Source: the human T2T-CHM13v2.0 reference genome, Homo sapiens
Direction: 5' to 3' (one strand)
DNA: 64,000 nucleotides
Assembly (NCBI RefSeq): GCF_009914755.1
Contig: NC_060928.1
The notes under the pieces are model-generated. The model searched no databases. It was given only the letters and a program-made list of their open reading frames with translations, and was not told the DNA's origin. Positions 1-64,000 of this stretch are shown here, piece after piece (the first letter of the stretch is position 1; every line of letters starts with the position of its first letter). The position numbers and the translations under genes are program-made.

Positions 1-173
1 AGTAGCTGGGATTACAGGTGCCTGCCAAAATGCCCAGCTAATTTTGTATTTTTAGTAGAGATGGGGTTTCTCCAAGTTGGTCATGCTGGTCACGAACTCC
101 CGACCTCAAGTGATCCACCCAGCTTGGCCTCCCAAAGTGTTCGGATTACAGGCGTGAGCCACTGCTCCTGGCC
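1..173 (-). mobile_element. Alu (partial, cut by window edge)
   Basis: agtagctgggattacagg...gagccactgctcctggcc. Confidence 0.95.
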
Positions 174-452
174 AAAAAATAAATTTCTTTAAAGGTGTAA
201 GTGTTAGGCTGACAGCTGACTCAAGAACAACAGAGGAAGTCATGAGAAAATGAAAAAATATCTCCAATGCCAATGTGCTGAAAGATAATAAAGGCCAAAT
301 TAGGCATCTATATTCAGCAAAAATATCTTTACAGAATGAGGAAAAAATACAGATATGTTCAGAAAACAAATCATGAGCAAGTATGCCACCAGCAGACTCT
401 CACAAAATGAAATTCTAAAGCAAGTATTTCAGATAAAAATTTATCCCAGATG

Positions 453-776
453 GTGTTTTAGTCCATTCAGGCCACAGTAACAAGACATGATAAACTGGCT
501 TATAGGTGACAAAAATTTATTTTTAGGGGTTGGGAAGTCCCAGATTAAGGCACTGGTACATGCAGTGTCTCGTGAGGGTCCACATGCCGGCTCAAGGATG
601 GCACCTTCTTGCTGTGTCCTAATATGGTAGGGGTGAGAGATCTCCAGCCTCTTTTATAAGGGCTCTGCCCCCATGACCTAATCACCCCTCAAAGGCCCCA
701 TCTCCAAATTACATCACCTTGAAGATCAGAATTTCAACACATAAATTTTGGGAAGACATAAACGTTCAGCCCATAG
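453..776 (-). mobile_element. MaLR LTR (MLT1A-like)
   Basis: tgttttagtccattcaggcc...atgacctaatcacccctcaaaggcccc...ttcagcccatag. Confidence 0.75.
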
Positions 777-967
777 GAGTAAGTCTTAGATACAAAAAAT
801 AATGAAAAGCAAAGAAAGTTTTATATATATGTGTATGTATAAACACAAACACTGACTATATAAAGTCTTAGAATTAAAGAACATTAAAGTACATGACAAC
901 AGAATTAAAACACACAATACAGATAAAATATATGACAATAGTACATAACTTGGAAATTGAAGAGTTG

Positions 968-1423
968 TTCTAGTTATTATATCTGCACAATAAATAACTC
1001 TAAAACTTAGTTGCATAAACAATCCATGTTCATGGAGTCGGTAGGTTAGGGGTTTGGCATGGCACACCACAGAACAGTACCAATGGCTTGTTTCTGCTCT
1101 GTGAAATCTAGGGCCTGGAATCATTTGAAAGTCTGCCTACTCACATGTCTGACCACCTGATGCTGCCTGCAGGCTGGTAGCATGAGATTTTCTCCATGTG
1201 TGCTAGTTTGAGCTTCCTCACAACATGGCGTCTAGGTTCCAAAGGTGAGCTTTCCAAGAGAGCAAGTAAAAGAGTGAGAGAGAGCCAAAAGGAAGCCAGC
1301 TATATATCCTTTTATGACCTGACCTCAGGGGTCTTAATGGGGACTACAGTGTAGTAAGCTTCTAGAAGAGTATGTGGGATTGAAAATATTGCTGTAGCCA
1401 TTTTTGAAAAATAAAATCTGCCA
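968..1423 (-). mobile_element. Old MaLR LTR (MLT1F-like)
   Basis: cttcctcacaacatggcg, ccttttatgacct and the gccatttttgaaaaataaaatctgcca terminus. Confidence 0.6.
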
Positions 1424-1939
1424 AAAGGTAAAGGTAATGATTAACTTTAGTCTTATATAATCTGAATATGTATGATGGAATATAATTACTAAAAGACAAA
1501 CTAGTAAAGAGAAAAAATGTGTATTGCTCAAGGAAAACAAACATCATTTATTTTAAGAAAGAATTTAACAAGGAATTAGTAAACAGGTTTTGAGAAAAGT
1601 GAAAATGTCCACTAGGGACACAAATAAAGGCAAAAAGATGGGATTAATAGAGCCTAGAAGCCTTTAAGAGATACCCTCCAGAATGCCAGAGAAAAGTTGG
1701 AGTCTGGAAACAAACCACAGCTGCTAAAACAAGAGCCATTGCTGAGGTGATACTGACAATATTGGGAGGCTAATGGGAAGGGGAAAGTCTCTTCTCCATA
1801 TCTTCAGCATTCTAGTCTCTTAGTACTCTTTCTTTGCAGGACCTAAAAACAAGCCAGATGGCAAAGGAGAAGCACAGTTTGCAAAAAGTGCTAGGCACAA
1901 AGTCCCAGAATACAGATAAGTGAGTCTAGAGTTGAGAGA

Positions 1940-3390
1940 CAATCAATAACTGGCAAAAACAGAATAATATAGTAAGTCAATACTAATTTTAAAAGGCAAG
2001 AAAACAGAAAAAGAATCACAAAATAGGTTAGACCAAAAAAACCCCAAAAACAAAAACCCTAAACTCTCCCAGAACAAACTAAAATGGCAGAAACAAATCT
2101 AAATATATTGGTAATTATATTAAATGTAAATGGCACAAGTGTTCCAGTTTAAGACAAAGATTATTCTATTAGATTAAAAATAATAACGGCCAGGTGCGGT
2201 GGTGCACGTCTGTAGTCCCAGGTACTTAGGGAGCTGAGGCAGGAGGACCACTTGAGCCACTGCACTTTGACCTGGGCAACATAAGAGGACCTCTGGATCT
2301 AAAAATAAACAAAACAAAAAACTCCACTAAAATCCTAAATCTATTTTGTTTACCAGATACACATTTAAAACATAAAGATACAGAAATATTAAAATTAAAT
2401 AGATGAAAGAAGTTACTCTGTGAAAATACTGACTAAAGGAAGGCTAGTATAGCTACAGAGAAAACAGACTTTAAGGCAAAACATATTACTGATACACTGC
2501 ATAGCGATATAATTCATCAGAAAAATGTAACATGTTAAACTACATGCAGTCAATAATTATTCTCAAAATATATAAACCAGAAACATATACAAGGAGAAAG
2601 AGGCAAATCAAGATCATATTGGGTGATTTTTTAACATACTTCTTTCAGTAATTGACATAATACGTATATTAAAAATCAGTAAGGATATAGATTTAAATAA
2701 CACAATTAACAACCCTAAAAGATACATTAGATGGCTTGTTTTTAGATCCCACAAATAACGAGTACTAGGAGACTAGAATGCTGAAGATATGGAGAAGAGA
2801 CTTTTCCCCTTCCCACTCTCCCTAATTACTACAGAATATACTGGTTTCAAATGCATAAACATTGTTTAAAAATTTATCATATTCTTGGCCATAAAGCAAG
2901 TCTCAAGTAATTTCAAATAATTAAAATCAGATTTTTTTATGACAAAAATTCAATTAAACTGCAAATCAAAAAACATAATTAGAAAAGCCCATGTTTGGAA
3001 AAAAAGAAACACTCTCCTAAAAAAGGATTAAAGAGAAAATTCCAATGAAAATTAGGAAAATATTTTAACTAAATATGACCATTATATATCAAAATTTGTG
3101 GAATATGACTATAATAGTTGAGTAAATGTGACTATATTACAATAGTATAGAGATAACTTTTAAATGTGTATGTTGAAAAGGAGGACAAGTTAAAAATGAA
3201 AGAAGTAACCCATCTCAACAAGTTAGAAACAGAATAGTGAAAAAATCCCTAATAAAATAGAATAATATTGATAAAGGCAGAAATTAATGGAATAGGAAAC
3301 AAACATACTATAGAAAGGATCAACAAAACCAAAATTTGGATCTTAGAAAAGATTAAACTATTTTTGTTTGGAGTTAAAGTTATGTAGAAA
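1940..3390 (+). mobile_element. Old L1M relic (start of ORF2/endonuclease region), with an Alu monomer at ~2187-2320
   Basis: A-rich; degenerate taattatattaaatgtaaatggc, gatttaaataacacaattaac and ggccataaagcaagtctc motifs. Confidence 0.7.
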
Positions 3391-3403
3391 ATTTTAAAAA
3401 ATG

Positions 3404-3806
<403 letters not shown>

Positions 3807-4762
3807 TCAACAGGAAATAATGTGGGCTAAGTAATTTGGATTAACATTCTCACTTGAAAACATTTAGAAAAGCTGGATAAAATATACTTTTCAAAGATGT
3901 AGGAAGGCAGCAGGGAGCTGATAAGTTGGTGAATAATTACCATGCCAATAATATCTGAGAAAAGATAGAAATTCAGAAAAATGAACCATTCATTTGGGAC
4001 CACTGTGTTAGGAGTATTTATAGATTGCAAAAGGCCACTGGGAAGTTGAGTAGATAGAGCTAAGGGGCTAAAGATTCAAAAAGAGTCCAGGGTCAGTGAA
4101 GAGGTAAGGGCCTGGTAACTCCAAACCATGCTTTGAAACCCTGAATGGTTGAACCCTAGAAATAAGGATGAACAGAAGAGCATTACCACAGTCTGTGGCT
4201 CAGCTTTCAGTCACCTAGGTGACCTGGAAAATTTCAGTATCTGAAACTGGATCAAAATAATCCTAAATTACTAATGCAGGTACCTGCCAGAAGCAAAAAA
4301 CTCTGTGGAGGATAAAAATATCATTCTGAGCATCAAGTTATTTCTAGTTTTTTCAAACAATATTGGTAAATAATTAAAGGTAACCAGGCACACAAGGAGA
4401 CAAGACAGTAAGAATGAAGACTAGAACAAACAAAATAAAAACAGACCCACAGGCGGGTTTTGATTCTGGAATTATTAGACAGACTAGAAAATAATTATGC
4501 TTTTCATTTTGAAGCAGATAAGAAATTGAAAATTTCAGCAAGACAATTAGAAACTGCAGGAGTGACAAATTTACATGCTTTCAATTAGAAATATGAGAAC
4601 TGAAAATACAAGGGGCTGAGAATAACCAAGATACTCTAAAAGAACAATAAGTTGGGAGGATTTGTTTGGCCAGATATCAAGAATATATCAGCTACAATGA
4701 TGATGATGATGGTATACTAGCACAGGGATAGAAAAAAGGGAAAAAATGTTTAGAAAGAGATG

Positions 4763-5520
4763 TAAGGACTAAGCTCTGATATTTTGTTATCTTGCCCAAA
4801 TTCCTGTCTAAGGAGTCTGGGGAGTCATGCTCTACAAACCATAAATTCTCATCAGATGGGTTTTATTTAACCCTGTATATTGTGACTTAACTTTCCAATC
4901 TGACTCTGGCATAACAAGAAAGAAAATCAAAATATTTTACCCCGAAATATGTTTCTCTGCCATATCTTGAAATGGCCCTGCAAAGCCATCCCTTGTGGGA
5001 AAAATCTACATTCTATAAAGAATCCCCTTTCCCCTTTACCCATTTTTTTTTTGTCCTTCCTTCCTTTCCAAATCCAGGAGATAATCAACTAAGACCCAGG
5101 CATCCTTTTAGGTCCAATAAGAAACACTTTACAACCTGCTCTCTTTGAAGTCTGCTGAGAGTTTCCTCTGCACAATAAAACTTGTTCTCCACAATCTCTT
5201 ATTTAACCTGAATATTTCCTTCCTATTGATCCCAGGTCTTCAGATAAACTCGACCAATTGTCAACCAGAAAATGTTTTAAATTAACCTATACCCTGGAAG
5301 CCCCCGCTTTGAGTTGTCCTGCCTTTCTGAACCAAACCAATGCATTTCTTAAACGTATTTGATGTCTCATGCCTTCTATATAAAACCAAGATGTACTCTG
5401 ACCACCTGGGGCACATGTTCTCTGGACCTCCTGAGGGCTGGGTCACAGGCCATGGTCACTCATATTTGGCTCAGAATAATCTCTGAAAATATTTACAGAG
5501 TTTGACTCTTTTCATCAACA
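4763..5520 (+). mobile_element. Solo ERV1 LTR, MER4 family (MER4E-like)
   Basis: taaggactaagctctga...gagtttgactcttttcatcaaca matches the MER4 LTR pattern; 4-bp TSD gatg at 4759-4762/5521-5524. Confidence 0.85.
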
Positions 5521-5524
5521 GATG

Positions 5525-7150
5525 TTGATGAAATCTGTATTCACATACGGGTATAATACATGACTTTGGTGGCACTATAGAAAGGAGGAATAAAACCCAG
5601 ATTTTTCAATAAACGGTAGTGAGGCATCTCCTAGCATACACCAAATTAATTCCTCATGAAAAAAATTTAAATATGAAAGGCAAAACTAAAGCTTTAAGAA
5701 GACGATATATAAGACTATCTTCATGACTCCAGGGTAGGGAATGGTTTTTTAAAACAACTCACGCTCTAATTTTAAAACACTCATACTTCCTAGTACTTAA
5801 CCATTAATAAATTGTTTTTATCAAAGAACATCATAAGGGAGGGAAAGGCAAGCCACAAATTGGGAGAAGATATTGGCAACTATACAGCCAACAAAGAATA
5901 AGATTTATAAAGATCCTTTATGAATCAATGAGGAAAAAGATTAGCAACACAACAAAAACATGTGTGGCAGTCCTGACAAGATACTTTACAAAAACAGAAA
6001 GTCAAATTGGCCAATAAACTTATGAAAAAATACTCAACTTCACAGGTAATAGAGAAATGCAGAGTGACACTTCAATGAGATACAATTGCACATCCACCAG
6101 ATTGGCAAAATTAAAAACAAAAACTGTTAACACCAGCACTGACCAAGATATGGAGAAATATGGTTTGGATATTTGTCCCCTGCAAATATCATGTTGAAAT
6201 GTGATCCCCAGTGTTGGAGGTGAGGGCTGGTGGGAGGTGTTCGGGTTATGGGGATGGATATCTGGATCCCTCATAAATGGCTTGGTGCCCTCGTTGAGAT
6301 GACGAGTTCTTGCTCCATGAGTTAATGTGAGATCTGATTCTTAAAAATGATCTGGGACTTCCTCTATTTCTCTCTTGCTCCTCTAGCCATGTGATACGCC
6401 AGTTCCTCCTTTGCCTTCTGCCATGATTGCAGGGATGCTGGTGCAATGTTTGTACAACCTGCTGAACCATGAGCCAAATAAACCTTTTTTCTTTATGAAT
6501 TACCGAGTCTTGGATATTCCTTTATAGCAACACAAAACCAACCAACATACTAATGCTTAGAAAAAAATTTGTAATCATCTAATAAAATTTAAGATATGAA
6601 TACCCTATGACCAAAAAATTCTACTCCTAAATATATACTCTTTGTACTAGGAGTTACATAAAATGATGTTCATTGTGAAACTGTAATTGCCTGAAACTAA
6701 AAACATCCCAATTGTCTACAGTAAATAAATTGTGGCATATTAACAGAAAAGTAAATTACACAGACATAATGAAGAATAAAGTACAGCTACAACCAACATG
6801 AATCAATCCCATCTTGAACAAATGCAGCTACAAAAGAATGTATGATTTTAAATAAAACTCAAAAACAAGCAAACTGTATTGTTTAAGTTTACACACATAG
6901 GTGGTAACACTATAAAAACAAAGAGACAATTATCATACAAGGTAGGATAGTGGTAATTACCAAAGGGTACGTGGCAGGGAGCTGGTTGTGACTGGGAAGG
7001 AACTACATGTGTAATTTCTGAACTGCTGTCAATATATTCTACTAAGCTGAGTGCTAGTTATATAGTTGCTTTAAAATTATTCCTTGAACTGCATATTTAT
7101 ATTTTATGTATTTTTGAATATATATGTGTTTTTGAAAAATATATATTTCT
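5525..7150 (+). mobile_element. Old L1M 3' region, interrupted by the MST LTR
   Basis: aggcaagccacaaattgggagaagatatt, ccaccagattggcaaaatt, ccctatgacc motifs. Confidence 0.7.
6159..6551 (+). mobile_element. Solo MaLR LTR (MSTB-like)
   Basis: tatggtttggatatttgtcccc...aataaacc...tttatagcaacacaaaa. Confidence 0.8.
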
Positions 7151-7529
7151 CAATAAAAAAACAAAGTTATGACATAGAGCAAAATGAACACATATTATCA
7201 ATGGATACTTAACTCTGATCCTCAAGAGCTCAACTCTGATTTTTTTTTTTTCAGAGAAAGCATTCAGATTATATGTTTTTGAATCTATGAAAAGTAAAAT
7301 CGCTAAATCCATACACAGTGATTATATAAAATTAGATATTTGCAATCACAATGAATATTCATTATAGTGGAAAGATTTAGGTCACGAGATTTTTTTTTTC
7401 CCTAAAAATTTCAAAAGAACAATTTTCTATCTTCATTTTACTAATTATAAAATAAACATAGTTGCTTTTTTAATGTTCCATGAATATCACCAGAGTGTGA
7501 CATAGTAGATTAAAAAATAAAGATATACA

Positions 7530-7535
7530 TTTATT
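7530..7535 (-). terminator. Candidate poly(A) signal AATAAA
   Basis: tttatt on +; U-rich sequence follows on the minus strand; lies near the end of the repeat-free UTR. Confidence 0.5.
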
Positions 7536-10076
7536 TCCATGTCCTACCTTTGGGACAATTTATGAGGAACTTATGGACAAGTAACAGAACTGCTTTGAAC
7601 TCTAAAAAGAAATGGACTTTACAAATCCCTAACCAGTAGTATGGGATTTACCAGATCCTCTAGGTTTTACATGGTCACGACTATTTCTCTCCAACTGTTT
7701 TAAAAGAATTTCCTGGAGCCATCTGAGGACATTTGAGGTAATGTCCTTCCACACCTAATAACTGCTGTATCTCCATGATTGCAAACTTGAAAATCAGGAA
7801 ACACCAAAGCAACATTACTCACAAAATAAACAGCAAAATCAGAATCTCTGGAGTCAACTTATGAAACATGATTTACAAAGATATTCTTACATTTCTTAAT
7901 TTATTTTTAATAAGTAAAAAATACTCATTGAAACTGTACAAAAATCAAATCATTAATTTTTGCACCTGGTATTTCAGTCATCAACAGCAATCTCATGGTA
8001 CAGAAATAAAATAATGGGAATTATCATTAACTTCACCCTGGCTTTCTAGCTTAGTAGAACCAAACAGAAGAAATCATGGCAATAACCATTAACTATAGAA
8101 AAAAAGTAATGGAAAAATGGTTGCAGGTTTAATCACAAAATGAACTTAATTTTTGTTGATTTTGTTTTATCTGCTAAAACACTAATATCTATAAATATGA
8201 ACTGACAGCATCGTTCTAAATTTACTTCTGAAGAGCTGTCGAGACTTCAATAAAATATAAGCAAGTTACTGGATCATATTTATGGACTGCTGAATTAACT
8301 ACCCGAAAAGTATCAGTTACTTTCAAAGAACACAAAACAAAGTGAACGTGGAAAAAAGCCTTCTTTGCAAAAGTCCTTTTATTAGTCCTATCCTCTAAAA
8401 TTCCAAGCCACAGAGCCTTGATATTCCTGGATTCTGTTTTAAGTAACCTTAGTTTTAAATATGACACTTGGGATATGCACAATGGGAAAGGGTAGGATAT
8501 GTGAACAAAATTTAATTTCTTTTTTCCAAAGGTAGTCATTTTCTTTAAATTCATCCTATCCACTTTTGCCCACTTCCCCATGTACAGATTATCCTTTAGT
8601 CATACAAATTCACTCTCCACTTCCACATACATTTTCCCCACTTGATGGTACTTTTACAAGAGGGAAACAATACAGCTGGTTGATAAAGTAATTTAAACTA
8701 TTTGTAAATGAAATAAAAAGAAAGTAGGTATAATACATAGTGTAAAAGATACCAAATTGGAGTAATATTGATGTTAATCTAGTTTTTTATTTAACAAAGT
8801 ACCTACTAATGGTCTGAGCAGGAGAGTAGAAGGAAAGGAGCTAGAGGGAAATGACTTCCTATGGTTAAAAAAAAGCCAACTGCTTCAGAATGCATGACAG
8901 TCTTAGTAATAAAAGAATCATTTACTATTTTCACTGAGTTTACAGTGTTGGGTACTACTGTTTACATCATTTTAATGAAAGTATTTATAAAAACATCTGC
9001 AATAGTTCATATCAGAAAACAAAGTTTCTCTCAATAAAGACCTTAAAAAATAAATTTTTATCTTCATTAACTCCCTTTCTGGGAATGGGAATGAAATAAC
9101 ATGCTTCTGTTTAAAAAAAAAAAACAAAAAAAACACAAAATTTAATACCCTAATTAGGTTTCTGGAAAAAAAAAAGACTACCCTAGCAATAATTTTTAAC
9201 ATTCTACATTTCATCTATTTCTAAAGACACTCCCTTTACAAAATCTTTTAGTTTTATATATTAGGACAATCAGGTTTAGAGTCTCACATAAATAAAATAG
9301 CCACATTAGAAGGCATACTGAAGAATCAAATGGTTAGCCACATTTGTCTGTTCACATTCACGGATTCTCTAAGAGCGTTGTGAGAGTCCATATAATACTG
9401 TTCACGTTTAGTCTAAGTTAATATGTCTCATCTGACCTATTGCTCCTACAACACTGATGCTATCAACAAAAATCCTGATTTTGGGGACACAGTGATATAA
9501 CAAACTGGTTAAACGAGCAGAGGTAATAGGACAGTAAACTGTAACTGCACAATTTAAAATATCCACCCTTCATCCACCACTACCATACTTCTTCCCAGTG
9601 GTATTAAATTCTCAAAGCCAAATCATATCAGAGGTGCAGGATGCCAAACACTATTTGCATAGAAAATCAGTCTTCAAGACTAAACAAAAAAGAAATTCAT
9701 AAAATTAAACTTTTTGAATAGTTGCATTCGTTGCTTTCAATTTCTTCATCCATATCTGTTCTGGTCATACATATTTTTTCCTTCTTTTTATCCAGAGAGA
9801 TTAATACACAGATTAATACACAAAACTTTTGTAAATAGCATTCCAGTTCAAAGTTGCTTGTGATCATAGCCACGTGTGAACCGTTAGACAAGTGTATGCT
9901 ATGCCCCAAAATGTTTTATAATTCTTCAGTGCAGTTTCTTACTGATGTTTCCCTTAAAATTAAGGCTTAATGAAAGAGAAATCCATAGTATTATGAACTG
10001 ATTTTCTTTAGCTTCTGAATTAAGTGCACTCTTTCCAAAATCAAGTGGTCCTGGAGTAACGTTAAGACAACTTGTA

Positions 10077-61701
<51,625 letters not shown>

Positions 61702-63249
61702 CTGTAAAATGGCAAAAACAAGTTCAATCTTATTTATATAAAGAAAAAAACACTCTAGTATCTTAGGCCATTTCATAACAATTTAATTTATAATTAAGTA
61801 TACCTTACACAACCTATAGAATACAAAGTAAATCATAAACAGGATAAACTGATGCAGAATAGTTTAGGAATCAAAGATTTTCAGTACTTTTAGTAAATGG
61901 ATGTCCAGTATAACAAAATTAGAATATCAGCATATCATCTTTATAAATTTTTAAATAACAAAAATTCTGTGACTTTAAAATTTTGTGCTTGTCACAAAAT
62001 TCAAGCACAACATAAAAGAAATAGATAACTCTGGCTTAATAGTCCAGCAGTGAATTCTTACTTGTTATTTTAGGAAAGAGGAATGAAGTGCTCATTTACC
62101 AAAAGCAGCAGAGTTAATGGAAAATAGAATAGAGCTAAAAGCTGAGAGCAGAGTCTACAGAAAAAAAAGGCTGAAAAACTGACATCACAAATCAAAGCCA
62201 TGAAAGGTAAAACATTAAGTTCTTAAACAAATCATAAATGTTTTATTAAAAGCAATTTTTCTAACACATGCATTGTCTCCATTCTGAGAATTTGTAAAGA
62301 AATTATTTTTGGGCTTAAAGCTATTTTTAGAGCTACTGCTAATAAAGAGAAATCCTCATTCTGTAATGCACCCAATCTTGCATAAAATAATGTTTTTCTA
62401 ACATAATTAAGTATATTGATATTACGGTATAAGAACATATTAAAATAATTTATAATCCCAATTACATGAAGTAGTGATATGGATAACAGAAGACCACCTC
62501 CCACTTGATCATATATTGACTTTACTGATCAAAATGGATACATATAGCTTTTTTTTTTTTACAAGACATAAAACTGGGCAGAAACTTAGAAGCTTTTTTT
62601 TTAAAGTTTAACTCTAAAGAGCATATAAATTACGTAAACAAAGGTTTTAATTTATAACCTTGTGTAGTTATTTTGTAATACTGCTGTGCCCTATTGTAAG
62701 TTCAGTGGCTATTCTGTCTTAATCACATGCTTAAATTGTAAACCACAACACGAATGCTCTAGAGCATAAATATGCTATATAAATACAACAATCCAAAAAT
62801 TTTCAACACACCTACATCATAAATTATGATTTTGCCTTGGTGCCTAACTCAAAGAAACAAGTAGCTTTTTCCTTTTTCCAGTGGAACAACCCCAAAAACA
62901 AACGAGATGAGGTTAGTAATGAATTCAATTACAAGCGAAGAACTGTGATTTTTCCCATCTAAACCTCTTCCCAATGTCACTGTGCACCTAATTATGCTGG
63001 AGGTTTAAAAATCTATGAGTAATTCTTGATCACTCACTCTTTCCTTTACAACTCACACTCATCTATCTACAAGTTCTGTTAGGCCCCCACCCCACCCCAC
63101 CTTTTTTTTAAACAAAAGATACCTCAAATTCAATGACTTCTGACTATCTCTCTTCCCAACTCTTTTGTCTAAGATACCAGCATCTCTCAGCTGAACTACT
63201 GCAGTAACTGCTAACTAGTCTAGCTGCCTCTACTCTACTCTTATAATCC

Positions 63250-63600
63250 AACAGTTCTATTTCTTTTGGTTATCTTTCATGACTTCTTCATACTCTTTTG
63301 AATTATTGAGGACCCAAAGAGCTTTTATGTAAGTTACACCTATCAATATTTACTGTGTTAGAAATTAAAACTGAGAGAAATTTAAATCACAAGAATATAC
63401 ATATTCCATTGTCAGAGCAAGGATATCACCACACATCATATAGACTCTGGAAAACTCCACTCTGCCGCCTAAGATAATCAGAATGAAAAAGGCAAATAAC
63501 ATCTTAGTAATATGAAAATAAAAAGTTCGAGTGTGCAGAACCACTGAAAGGGTCTGAGGGATTCTTAGTGTCCCTGGACCACACTTTGAAAACTACAATT
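63250..63600. mobile_element. hAT-Charlie DNA transposon relic (MER20B/MER119-like), followed by L2 to the window end
   Basis: aattattgaggacccaaagagcttt...ggaccacactttgaaaact. Confidence 0.65.
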
Positions 63601-64000
63601 ATAGTCTTCTCTCCATACAGCAAGCCATAGTGATCCTTTAAAAATATAAAACAGATTAAAACTCACAGGCCTAAAAACTCAAATGTCTTCGAAGATCTTG
63701 TAACGTATGGCCCCCAACCTACTTCTCCCAAACTAATCTTCTGGTATATTTTATTCCTACTATCCTCTCCTCTTTACCACTCTATTTTGGTCCTGTTTGC
63801 CTCTTATTGTTCCTCAAAACCGCCAACCTAATTTTTACACTTGCAAATGTTTACATTTGCTGATTCCCCTGCTTTGAATGCCTTCCCCCAGATCTTTATA
63901 TAGCCTGTTCTTTCTCATTACTCGGAGCCCTACTCAAACATCATCTCCTTAGTGAAGACTTCTCTAACCTTCTAATCTAAGAGAACCAGAACTGTCCTTC

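Overview
Human (primate) genomic DNA, AT-rich and repeat-dense. The window holds the 3' part of UBA6 (ubiquitin/FAT10-activating E1) on the minus strand. I traced 26 GT-AG coding exons by hand from 61701 to the stop at 10077-10079. They total 2613 nt (870 aa + stop) in one frame and include the GxGxxG adenylation motif and the catalytic Cys; the 5' exons lie beyond the window end. A long 3'UTR with several poly(A) signals follows. The introns carry a full-length SVA, a near-full-length antisense L1PA, a complete THE1 element, a MER4-type solo LTR, many Alus, and L2/MIR/DNA-transposon relics. The ORF track misses or does not explain these items: (1) a SERF2 processed pseudogene with an intact 46-codon ORF just behind the SVA; (2) an intron-13 layout that fits L1 'gene-breaking' of UBA6 into a 389-aa and a 578-aa half; (3) several short local duplications, two of which interrupt L2 3' ends; (4) a nest of perfect palindromes in one THE1 LTR. 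Nothing here is a demonstrated new biological system; the findings are hypotheses to test. Exon and residue numbers assume the 33-exon, 1052-aa model recalled from general knowledge. Repeat subfamily calls are by eye.
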